Below, one piece after another: positions 1 through 8,945 of a stretch of 64,000 nt of DNA. Position 1 is the first letter of the stretch. The number at the start of each line of letters is the position of its first letter. This DNA is from an uncultured delta proteobacterium (GTDB lineage Bacteria; Desulfobacterota; Binatia; UBA9968): assembly GCA_963804165.1 (NCBI GenBank), contig CAWDPO010000010.1:64001-128000 (forward strand), written 5' to 3'. A model generated the notes under the pieces. That model did no database searches. It was given only the letters and a program-made list of their open reading frames with translations, and was not told the DNA's origin. The position numbers and the translations under genes were made by a program.

Positions 1-917
1 GCACGTCGCAGGACGAGTACTGGCTGGTCGACGGCACACTGCGCTTAAAGTCGGGCAACGTCGGCCGCAACACGCCGCAAGCGTCGCGCGAGTTGCGCGA
101 CGTGCCGGCTCGCCTCAACCACATGGATGAGCTCGGCGTCAGCATCCAGGTGCTCTATCCGACGCTCTTTCTTATACCGCTCACGCCGCGTCCCGAAGTC
201 GAGTTAGCGCTTTGCCGCAGCTATAACCGCTGGCTCGCGGACATTTGGCAACAGGGAAGGGAACGGCTGCGTTGGGCCGCGGTAGTGCCGCTGACGACGA
301 TGGACCAAGCCATCGCGGAAGCGCGTTTCGCCAAAGAAAATGGCGCCTGCGGTATTTTCATGCGCGGCACCGAAGGCGATTTGCTGCTGAGCGATCCGTA
401 CTTCTTTCCGCTCTACGAAGAAGCTAGCCGTCTGGATTTGGCGATTTGTATCCACGCCGCCAACGGCAGCGCGACGCTGTATAATTACTACAAATATGAG
501 ACCGTCGGCTTTTCAAAGTTCAAGTTGAATTGCGTCGGCGCGTTTCATTCCATCGTGATGGATCGGATTCCTGAGCGCTTCCCCAAGCTCCGCATCGGCT
601 TTCTAGAAATCAGCGCCGAATGGCTGCCCTACACCTACACCGATCTGGCGAAACGTTTTCGTATTAAAGGCAAAGAACTAAAAAGCGACTTCCTGCGCCA
701 GGATCGGCTTTACGTCGCTTGCGAAACGACAGACGACATCCCGTACATCGTAAATAAGCTCGGCGCTGACAACATCGTCATCGGCTCGGATTATGCGCAT
801 GCCGACAGCGCGACTGAACTGCTGGCGATTCATAATCTGATCGCCGACCCGCGCCTCACTCCGTCGCTGGCAAAAAAAATCGTCAGTGACAACGCCCGAG
901 CGCTGTACAATTTGTAA
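1..917 (+). CDS. Amidohydrolase_2 family metal-dependent hydrolase/decarboxylase (5' truncated by window)
   Basis: Frame open from window start; motifs MDELGV..QVLYPT, YNRWLAD, ICIH, ERFPKLRIGFLE..WLP, GSDYAHAD, NARALY. Confidence 0.85.
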   Translation, partial: TSQDEYWLVDGTLRLKSGNVGRNTPQASRELRDVPARLNHMDELGVSIQVLYPTLFLIPLTPRPEVELALCRSYNRWLADIWQQGRERLRWAAVVPLTTMDQAIAEARFAKENGACGIFMRGTEGDLLLSDPYFFPLYEEASRLDLAICIHAANGSATLYNYYKYETVGFSKFKLNCVGAFHSIVMDRIPERFPKLRIGFLEISAEWLPYTYTDLAKRFRIKGKELKSDFLRQDRLYVACETTDDIPYIVNKLGADNIVIGSDYAHADSATELLAIHNLIADPRLTPSLAKKIVSDNARALYNL

Positions 918-1012
918 CTGTCGGCGACATTTTTGCGCGGCCGATATCAGCCGTAACGATCGAGGAGCTGGAAGATCTTCCCTTCTCTTCAGGGATCACT
1001 CGAGAACTAATT

Positions 1013-2032
1013 ATGAAAAGATCAATTTTGGCGGGTTTTGACACCGTGGCCAGGCTTCTCCTTCTGATTGCAATCATTGCCCTCGTAGCAAAGGCGGCCA
1101 CCGCCGCGGAAACCGGCAAGGCTACGCCATTGCGGCTGGCTTACAGCGCCATCACCGTCAATCAGGCAATTCCATGGATCGCCTACGAAGCCGGCCACTT
1201 CAAAAGAAACGGCCTCGACGTTGAGCTGATCCACGCCAGCAGTATTCTCGCGCTGCAGGCACTCCTCGCGGGCGAAGTCTCGATCGCACAGTCGGTCACC
1301 GATGCCTGCGTCAGTTCCAATCTCAGCGGCGCCGATACGCTCTTTCTTGGCGCGATTCTCGACAAACCGCTCTACAGTTTTATCGTCAATCCAAAAATCA
1401 AAACCCCTTCCGATCTCAAAGGCAAACGCGTCGGTGTCACGCGCATAGGCTCCACTCCCGACGCTCTCGCGCGCGCGATGCTCAAGATGTGGAATCTTGA
1501 TCCCGCTACCGACGTGACGATCGTGCAGCTGAACGAAATGGGTCTATTGGTCCAGGGCTTGGTGAGCGGCGTCATCGACGCCGCGCCGATCTCGATCCCA
1601 AGCAACATTCGCGCGAAAAATCTAGGCTACACTGAGCTCTTCGACATGACCAAGATCGGCAAGACCTACATCACCGGCACCGTGGTCACCCGCAAGCGTT
1701 TTATCGACGGCCAGCGCGATACCGCAAAGCGATTCATGCGCGGCTTCCTCGAAGGCATGAAAACGTACTTGGAAGACGAAAACTTTAGCATCAAGGTTAT
1801 TCAAAAATGGACCCGGGCGAAAAACCGCGATGAGGTGAAGGAGGCCTACGCGCTCCAGGCAAAAAACATGCTGCGCATCCCGCGCACCTCGATCGACGGC
1901 GTCAAGACGATCCTCGAGGGAATGGAAAAACTTCCCGGCGCCAAAACCGCCGATCCGCGCCGCTTCATCGACTCCACGATCCTCGATGAATTGGAAAAAG
2001 AAGGATTCCTGAAAACCTTGTACAAGTCCTGA
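1013..2032 (+). CDS. ABC transporter substrate-binding protein, NMT1/THI5/SsuA family
   Basis: Signal peptide; GHFKRNGLDVEL, IKTPSDLKGKRVGV, ELEKEGF C-terminus. Confidence 0.85.
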   Translation: MKRSILAGFDTVARLLLLIAIIALVAKAATAAETGKATPLRLAYSAITVNQAIPWIAYEAGHFKRNGLDVELIHASSILALQALLAGEVSIAQSVTDACVSSNLSGADTLFLGAILDKPLYSFIVNPKIKTPSDLKGKRVGVTRIGSTPDALARAMLKMWNLDPATDVTIVQLNEMGLLVQGLVSGVIDAAPISIPSNIRAKNLGYTELFDMTKIGKTYITGTVVTRKRFIDGQRDTAKRFMRGFLEGMKTYLEDENFSIKVIQKWTRAKNRDEVKEAYALQAKNMLRIPRTSIDGVKTILEGMEKLPGAKTADPRRFIDSTILDELEKEGFLKTLYKS

Positions 2033-2094
2033 GATCGCAAATGTTCGGGCACGCCAAATCTCCAGAGCGTGGCACAGTCGCGACTGCAGCAGAG

Positions 2095-2175
2095 TGTCAT
2101 TCTGAACGAAGTGAAGAATCTCACTGGTTCACAGTTCTTGAAAGACGAGATCTTCGGCTTCACCTCAGGATGACA
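2095..2175. repeat. REP-like imperfect palindromic intergenic element
   Basis: TGTCATTCTGAACGAAGTGAAGAATCTC (2095-2122) is an imperfect inverted repeat of GAGATCTTCGGCTTCACCTCAGGATGACA (2147-2175). Confidence 0.7.
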
Positions 2176-2213
2176 TTGTGACGCAGTTTTGACGTGAGAT
2201 GGGAGAAGACACC

Positions 2214-3206
2214 ATGCGATTGAAAGTGCCGATCGTTCTGCCATTGCTCTTGCTGACTCTGCTTCTGCCGGAAGCTGCGCTGGCGCAAACGCTTAAAGTT
2301 CCCTACGTCTCGATCTCCGGATTTCAAGCGCCGCTTTATCTCGGCGAGCGCGCCGGTCTGTTCAAGAAGAACCAACTCGAAGCGCAGCTTATCTACATGC
2401 CCGGCGGTTCTTTGATCGTCCAGACTTTGCTTTCCGGCGACGTCGGCGTCGCCAGCCTCGCGCCACCGTCGGCCGTGGCAGCGTGGGTGAAAGGCGCCGA
2501 GCTGGCTCTGGTCGCGGGCGGCATCGAGCGCGCGCTCAACGTGCTGATGGTCAACCCGAAGATCAAAAAACCCGACGACCTCAAAGGCAAACGGGTCGCG
2601 ATCAGCCGCTTCGGCTCGCTCTCCGATGTATCGCTCCGTGACGCTCTGGCGTTTTACAAACTACGGGCGACCCAAGATGTCCAGGTTGCCCAATTGGGCG
2701 GCCTCGGCGAGCGCATGACCGCGCTCACGTCCGGCGTCGTCGACGGCGCTATTTTGAATGTCGATCAAGTGTTTCAGGCAGAGAAGTTGGGTTTTCAAGT
2801 CTTGATCGACTTGCGCAAGTTGCCACTGACCTATTCGACCCAAGGCATTGTCGTCAGCAAAGAATTCCTGCGCGTTCAGCGCTCTGCCGCGAAACGATTC
2901 TTGCGAGTTTATATTGAAGGCATCAAGATTTTTAAGACCGATAAAGAATTCTCGATGGATACTTTGGCTCGTTATATCAAAACCAGCGACCGAGACATTC
3001 TCTCGAAAACCTATGACGTTTATCGGGACGCCTGGGAGAGCGTGCCACTGGTCAGACGCGACGGTATCCAGCAAGCCTTGGACAGCGTTCCAGAAGCCAA
3101 AAACGCCAAGTTGAATCTTGATAACCTAATCGACAACTCTTTGATTCATGAGCTGGAAAAGGAAGGATTTCTCCGAGAGCTTTATCCCGAGGGCGCAAAA
3201 CGATGA
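2214..3206 (+). CDS. ABC transporter substrate-binding protein, NMT1/THI5/SsuA family
   Basis: GGAG RBS before ATG 2214; signal peptide; GLFKKNQLE, IKKPDDLKGKRVAISRFGS; paralog of 1013..2032. Confidence 0.85.
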   Translation: MRLKVPIVLPLLLLTLLLPEAALAQTLKVPYVSISGFQAPLYLGERAGLFKKNQLEAQLIYMPGGSLIVQTLLSGDVGVASLAPPSAVAAWVKGAELALVAGGIERALNVLMVNPKIKKPDDLKGKRVAISRFGSLSDVSLRDALAFYKLRATQDVQVAQLGGLGERMTALTSGVVDGAILNVDQVFQAEKLGFQVLIDLRKLPLTYSTQGIVVSKEFLRVQRSAAKRFLRVYIEGIKIFKTDKEFSMDTLARYIKTSDRDILSKTYDVYRDAWESVPLVRRDGIQQALDSVPEAKNAKLNLDNLIDNSLIHELEKEGFLRELYPEGAKR

Positions 3207-3342
3207 GTGGAGCGAAGCCCAACAGAAGTTTCATGGTCAGGTCGCGCTCCGAGTTGGAGCGTTCGACAGGCTCTTGCGCCGGAAAGCTAAGATAAGTAAT
3301 TTTAATGCCAGAGGTGCGATTCACCGCGTTTCAGGAGTGAAC

Positions 3343-4179
3343 ATGCTAAAAACCACAGGCCTCATTGCCGGTCATTACGAGTGCCGCTCGCTTGCCGACA
3401 CTTTGCCGGTTTTTACCGATCTCGTGGCCATGGAAGTCATCGAGCGCAAGCCGGGTGAAGCGACGCTGAAGCATCCGAACACCGATTGGCGCTTGATTGT
3501 CCACGAAGGCGGGCCGAACGCGCCGGAAAAAGCCTTCGATAATCACTACGGCTTTCGGGTCGGCACGCACGAGGAAGTCGAGGCCGCCTGGAAATACGTC
3601 GAGGCTCACAAAGATAAATACCGGCTGACTAAAATCACCAAACCGCAGAGCGCGCACTTCGCCTACTCGATTTATTTCAACGAGCCCGGCGGCAACACCC
3701 TGGAGATCGAATACTACAATCCCGGCGGCGCGCTGCACGGCCGCTCGCACACCGCCGGTCACTGGGACTCTCCGCTCACCAGCGACCGCTTTCCCGGACG
3801 CGGTTATCTGCCGCAAGCTTTTACCCACGGAACCTTGCAATGTGACAACGTCGAGCGCAGCCGGCGTTTTTACGTCGAGGTTCTGGGATTGGAGATCGCG
3901 GCGGGTTTCAATACGGCGCAATACATCAAACACCCTTCGACGCCGTGGTACATCGTCGTGTTGCAGCGAACTCCACGGCAATACCTGGCTCCGGTGAACC
4001 GCTTCACGCTGCAGATGGCATCGACGGCGGATGTCGAACAAGCCCACCGCGAGTTTGCTGCCAATGGCAAAGAGATCGGCATCGCCGATCTCGGCAGGCT
4101 CGGAAGCACCGACGGCAGGGCGAATTTTATATTCAGCGACCTGGATAAAAACTGGTGGGAGCTGACGAGCGGGGCGTAA
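3343..4179 (+). CDS. Two-domain VOC (glyoxalase/bleomycin resistance/dioxygenase) family protein
   Basis: GGAG RBS before ATG 3343; NHYGF..YFNEPGGNTLEIE and THGTL..FYVEVLGLE..FSDLDKNWWEL motifs. Confidence 0.75.
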   Translation: MLKTTGLIAGHYECRSLADTLPVFTDLVAMEVIERKPGEATLKHPNTDWRLIVHEGGPNAPEKAFDNHYGFRVGTHEEVEAAWKYVEAHKDKYRLTKITKPQSAHFAYSIYFNEPGGNTLEIEYYNPGGALHGRSHTAGHWDSPLTSDRFPGRGYLPQAFTHGTLQCDNVERSRRFYVEVLGLEIAAGFNTAQYIKHPSTPWYIVVLQRTPRQYLAPVNRFTLQMASTADVEQAHREFAANGKEIGIADLGRLGSTDGRANFIFSDLDKNWWELTSGA

Positions 4180-4221
4180 ACCTGGTGCGTCAGCCGTCGT
4201 TATCGTCCAAGCACGTTTTTC

Positions 4222-4536
4222 CTACGTCATTCGCAACAAGATAATCCCCAGCACGACGAGCGCGACGCCGCAAAATATTTTCACGGTCACCGGTTCAGCG
4301 AAAATCACGCTCCCGGCAGCCACGGCCAGGAGCGCCTCCAACCCCAGGACCACCACGTAGCTCGGCCCCAGCGCTTCGTGTTTCATCGCCCATGCTTGAA
4401 CTAACGCGCCGGCGCTGAAAAGTGTCACGAGCCCAAGCGTAGGCAGCAATCGCGTCAATCCTTGGGAATATTTCATGAACGTGCCGCCGGCCACGTACAG
4501 CGCGGCCGCGACGGCATAGAATGCGATCATCTTCAT
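4222..4536 (-). CDS. SMR/DMT family small multidrug-type membrane transporter
   Basis: 104 aa, four hydrophobic helices; MKYSQGLTRLLP and FAEPVT..G..LVVLGIILL typical of SMR. Confidence 0.75.
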   Translation of the reverse strand: MKMIAFYAVAAALYVAGGTFMKYSQGLTRLLPTLGLVTLFSAGALVQAWAMKHEALGPSYVVVLGLEALLAVAAGSVIFAEPVTVKIFCGVALVVLGIILLRMT

Positions 4537-4566
4537 ATTCCGAGTTTACTCCCTGTTATAGGCACT

Positions 4567-4602
4567 AAAAAAAAGGCCCAACCTGGATCACAGATCGGGC
4601 CT
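4567..4602 (-). terminator. Intrinsic terminator after cytochrome c gene
   Basis: Minus strand AGGCCCGATCTG-loop-CAGGTTGGGCCT followed by a T run. Confidence 0.7.
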
Positions 4603-4637
4603 TCTCTTATAGGCGCGTGATGCGTCTTGCTAATCGG

Positions 4638-4994
4638 TCAGTCGAATTTCAGTAACGGAATATCCTTTGCCGCCGCTGACGGCTTGACCGTTAAGAGATA
4701 CGCGTACATATCCGCCAACTCCTGATCGCTGACAAAATCTTTTCGATAAGCCGGCATATCTTGGCGCGGCGTGCGCACCTGAAGGGCGAAGGCCGGGTAC
4801 GCAAGCATTCCCGGCGTTAGTTTCGGTCCGACACCGCGGTCGGCGCCTTGACCGATAGTACCGTGACAGGTGTAGCACATGTATTTCATATAGCTCTGGT
4901 GGCCGCGCTGAGCCGAGCCCGCTGGCGGCGGCTCTTGTGATAACACCGGAGCCGCGACCAACGTTATCAAAACGGTTAGAAAAACAATCCGCAT
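4638..4994 (-). CDS. Monoheme class I cytochrome c
   Basis: Signal peptide MRIVFLTVLITLVAAPVLS; CYTCH heme motif; GPKL, DMPAY (axial Met), SDQELADMYAYL. Confidence 0.85.
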   Translation of the reverse strand: MRIVFLTVLITLVAAPVLSQEPPPAGSAQRGHQSYMKYMCYTCHGTIGQGADRGVGPKLTPGMLAYPAFALQVRTPRQDMPAYRKDFVSDQELADMYAYLLTVKPSAAAKDIPLLKFD

Positions 4995-5007
4995 CGTGAC
5001 TCCTCTC

Positions 5008-6897
5008 TCATCGTCCTTGGGAGACGACATCGATTAGCGCCGGCTCACCGCGCTTGACCACTGCAAGCGCGCGAGAGATTGCCGGACCCATGGCGGCGGG
5101 ATCGGTGATCGGACCGTCTCCATATACACCCATGGATTGCGCCAGTTTGGCAAAATCGACATTGGGATTCTCGATGGTCGTGCCGATGGCCGCGCTATCC
5201 ATACGACGGTTGTGCAACGCGGCCATTTTTTGCAGGTGCATGACTTCCTGGTGATAAGCGCGATTATTATGCACGATCATCAGCATCGGAATTTTGTGGT
5301 GCGCCGCGGTCCAGAGCGCGCCCGGCGCATACATCAAGTCGCCATCGCCTTCGATCGAAACAGTCAAAATACCCTTGTCCCGGTTGGCGAGTGCTGCTCC
5401 GACGGCGGCACCGCTACCGTAGCCTTGACCGGCGCCGCCGGAGCCGCCGATAAAATTATGATACTCGGTAGCCGGCCACAGATTTCGGTTCCACTGCACG
5501 CTGGAAACTGCGAGACACCACTTGTCATTCTTGATCGCGTTGTAGAGCACCGCCGAAAGCCGCGCCGTGCTGCATGGGCTCGCATCCCAACCGACACTGG
5601 CTGCCGAGCGCGCGCGCTCTTTCATCCGGCCGTAGTCTTCGCGCAGCTTCGTCGCGCGATCGGCGATTGTCGCGCGCTGCGCCATACCGCTGGCCTTCTT
5701 GACCGCCTCGATCAGTGCCGGCAGCGTCGCCTGGGCATCGCCAGAGATCGGCAGATCGGACGGCATAAAGCGCTGCATGTCCTGATAGTTCGATTTCGTC
5801 AGCGTGTCGCCGAGCGATATGTGAATAACCTTGACATCGGGTTTAGCCAGGCGGCGATATTCATGGTGCGGGTCGCTGACGGTATTAAATTGGCCCCAGG
5901 GATCGGCAACTTCAAGCAAGAGGGCAACATCGGCTTGGCCGACCAAGGAGCGGCGATCGCCACTGCGACAGAGAAAATGGTTCATGGGAAAATTCATGCG
6001 CCCGCCAATATCAACGACCGGCGCATTCAATGCCTCGGCCAGCTCGACCAGGCGCTTCATGCCTTCTTGGGAGCGACAAGCCCGGTCCGCCAAGATCACC
6101 GGATTTTGCGCCGCCACCAGCATCTTGGCCGCTTCTGAAACTGCGCCGCTGTCGCCTTGGGGCGGAATCGAAAGCGTGAGCTTGGGAATGGTCAGTTTCT
6201 TTTCCTCGTAGATTGATCCTTCGGCCAACACGCCGTCCGCGGTGATCAACACTGGACCCATCGGCACGGTCGTGGCGATCTTGTAGCCACGAATGACCGA
6301 CTCGGCAAAGTGCTGCAGCGATAATGGCTGATCGTCCCACTTGGTAAAGTCACGGAGCAACGCCGCTGGATCCTGCACACAGTGGTACCACTCGACGCCG
6401 GGCCGGCGTTTAGCTGCATCGAGAAAATTGCCGGCAAACATCATGATCGGCACCCGATCGCACCAGGCGTTGTATACCGCCATCGCCGCATGCTGCAGTC
6501 CGACCGTGCCATGCGCCATCATGCCCATCGGCTTGCCTGCTGCCTTGGCGTATCCTTGAGCCATGCCGACCGAGGTCTCTTCGTGCATGCAGGTTAAAAA
6601 CTCGGGCTTTTTATTGCCACCGTAGTTGATGATGGATTCCTGTAGGCTGCGAAAGCTCGACCCCGGATTGGACGCGACGTACTCGATGCCAGTGGCTTTG
6701 ATCACGTCGACCATAAAGTCAGAGCCGGGCCGGCTGATGATCTTATCTCGACTTGGCGCGTTCTCTTTGCCGTCAGAGTTTGACTCGGCGGCCTGTGCCG
6801 GTGTGTTTGCCGCCGCCACTTGTGTCCCGATAACCGCCGCTGCGGTAGCCGCGGCTCCTTTCAGAAACGCACGACGATCAAAAGCGTCTTTGCCCAT
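5008..6897 (-). CDS. Thiamine pyrophosphate-dependent enzyme (ALS/benzoylformate decarboxylase/POX family) with Tat signal peptide
   Basis: DRRAFLKG twin-Arg signal; NPGSSF, HEE catalytic Glu, GDGDLMY...HNN ThDP-binding motif. Confidence 0.85.
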   Translation of the reverse strand: MGKDAFDRRAFLKGAAATAAAVIGTQVAAANTPAQAAESNSDGKENAPSRDKIISRPGSDFMVDVIKATGIEYVASNPGSSFRSLQESIINYGGNKKPEFLTCMHEETSVGMAQGYAKAAGKPMGMMAHGTVGLQHAAMAVYNAWCDRVPIMMFAGNFLDAAKRRPGVEWYHCVQDPAALLRDFTKWDDQPLSLQHFAESVIRGYKIATTVPMGPVLITADGVLAEGSIYEEKKLTIPKLTLSIPPQGDSGAVSEAAKMLVAAQNPVILADRACRSQEGMKRLVELAEALNAPVVDIGGRMNFPMNHFLCRSGDRRSLVGQADVALLLEVADPWGQFNTVSDPHHEYRRLAKPDVKVIHISLGDTLTKSNYQDMQRFMPSDLPISGDAQATLPALIEAVKKASGMAQRATIADRATKLREDYGRMKERARSAASVGWDASPCSTARLSAVLYNAIKNDKWCLAVSSVQWNRNLWPATEYHNFIGGSGGAGQGYGSGAAVGAALANRDKGILTVSIEGDGDLMYAPGALWTAAHHKIPMLMIVHNNRAYHQEVMHLQKMAALHNRRMDSAAIGTTIENPNVDFAKLAQSMGVYGDGPITDPAAMGPAISRALAVVKRGEPALIDVVSQGR

Positions 6898-7051
6898 GAC
6901 GTACCTCCGAAGTTGAAAACTAGCGTCGCTATTGGATCTGGAAGTGAATTACCACCGGACCCGACGGTCCCCAAGTTGGGATAGACGGTAGCCGAAACCA
7001 TGCTTTGCTGTCAACGGATAATTTGACACGGATAATTTGACGCGAGTGCCC

Positions 7052-7733
7052 ATGTTTGAAGGATTGACTCGCCGTTTTCGCCGATCATTTGGGCATCTTG
7101 TGTTTGGCGCGTTGGCCATCACATTTGTCCTGAATAGCGTGGAATGGGCACACGCCTTCACGGTCTTGGAGAACTTCGAGCGATATGATCCTAGCGGCTT
7201 TCCATTCAAGTGGCGCAGCCGCAGTAACGGGCGCGCAAGATTTACCGGGTTGACGCCGAGAACGGCAACCGCTTTCTGCGCGCCCAAGCCGACAAGCAAG
7301 GAGTCCAGATAGGCCTGAAATATGAGTTCGATCCCAGGCAGCAGCGCCGCTTAATCTGGCGCTGGCGGGTTCACCATTTGCTAGCGGACGCGATGAGCGC
7401 TCGGCTGAAAAACACGATGCCGCCGCCCAGGTTTACGTCGTATTCGACAATCAATACTGGCCGCGAGTGATTAAATACGTCTGGAGCGCGGCATTGCCGG
7501 TCGGCGCGCGTTTCACCAATCCGCTTTACAACCGTGGCAGAGTGGTCGTGTTACGCAGCAGTGCGACTGCCAAAAACCAATGGTACGACGAAGAGGTTAA
7601 TTTCCTTGATGATTACCGGAGATTCTTCGGTGCCGAACCCGGAAAAGTCCAGGGCATCGGTATCTTGACCAGTGCCGACTCCACCACAAACGTGGCAGCA
7701 GCGAACTACGACGACTTCGTGCTCCTCCCGTAG
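7052..7733 (+). pseudogene. DUF3047-like exported protein, frameshifted (probably assembly indels)
   Basis: Signal peptide in 7037..7312; shifted frames read WRWRV, DAAAQVYVVF, IKYVWS, GIGILTSADST..ANYDDF. Confidence 0.6.
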
Positions 7734-7928
7734 AGAAACGTTGCTAGTGCTCCCCAGTTTGCCAATGCGGAAATCCTGCAGACCTCGCGGATTTTACCCA
7801 AAGTTAATTTGCCATTCACTCCGCCGTTTCATTGCGCAGGCAAATTCTGATCGGAATGAAAATAAAATAATGTTCACGATTTTAGCATGGACAAGATTGC
7901 CGCCGGATAAAAACAGCATCCAGCGGAG

Positions 7929-8945
7929 ATGGAATTGCACCTAAGCCAACACCAATACGTGCAGCGAGACACGGGACGCATCTGCTCAGAGCATCCATTC
8001 GGCGATTGGATTGTGAACTATGTTTATTCCCGCAAGCGTGAATACGCGGCGTTACTCTATCACCTCTTAGGGAGTCAATGGATGAGCGGACTACTCGGTT
8101 GGGTGAATTACGACTTTCCGCTCGGTCAAAATATTTTCGGAATACAGCGCTTCATGCGAAACAGCAGCATCGATTTAGCCGAATGCTTGGACAAACTTGA
8201 AACGCTCAACACCGCGAGGAAAGTCTTTGAGCGAAAAATTCGCTACTGGCAGCGCCGACCGATGACTGACAACCCGGCGGCAATCGTTTGCCCGGCGGAT
8301 TCGCGCGTCCTCATCGGCTCTCTGAAAGAAACTTCCTGTCTATTTCTAAAGGAAAAATTCTTTTCCATCGAGGAGCTGCTTGGCTCGACCAAGGCTCACT
8401 GGCTCAAAGCATTTCGCGGCGGCGATTTTGTGATCTGCAGACTCACCCCAGAAAAATATCACTATAATCATACTCCGGTGGCAGGAATCGTCCGTGATTT
8501 TTACGAATGCGACGGCCACTTTCACTCTTGCAATCCCGGCTCGATCGTTAGATTGGCGACGCCGTACTCCAAAAACAATCGGGTCGTCACGGTAATCGAC
8601 ACCGATGTCGACGGCGGCACCCGCGTAGGATTGTCGTCATGGTGGAAGTCGTCGCCTTGATGATCGGCGACGTCGCCCAGTCTTACAGCCGTTCCGAATA
8701 TAGCAATCCGCAGCCTGTATCTGTGGGAATGTTTCTCCATCGCGGCTGTCCCAAAAGCGTTTTTCGTCCGGGCAGCAGCACCACCGTATTGCTGTTTCAA
8801 GAAAACCACGTGATTTTTTCCGAAGACCTGATTCGTAATCTATACCGCACCGATTGTGAGCCGTTATTCGCAAGGACTGGGCAGGCCGTTGGCCGAGACC
8901 GACACAAAAGTCCGCTCTACGAAGAGTAAAGGAGGGCCCGCATGA
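7929..8945 (+). CDS. psd: Phosphatidylserine decarboxylase proenzyme (apparent frameshifts near 8630 and 8853)
   Basis: PADSR, RLTPEKYHYNHTPV, NNRVV, and FRPGSST cleavage motif in second frame; corrected frame ends at TGA 8943-8945 overlapping next ATG. Confidence 0.75.

Noticed and set aside
4537-4637. Guanidine riboswitch upstream of the SMR gene
   Set aside because: No twin ACGR-loop hairpins or ykkC-type consensus visible; only a terminator
5137-6138. Long antisense ORFs (also 18955..19839, 29521..30549, 38862..39704)
   Set aside because: Shadow frames of well-supported GC-rich genes, with no recognisable motifs
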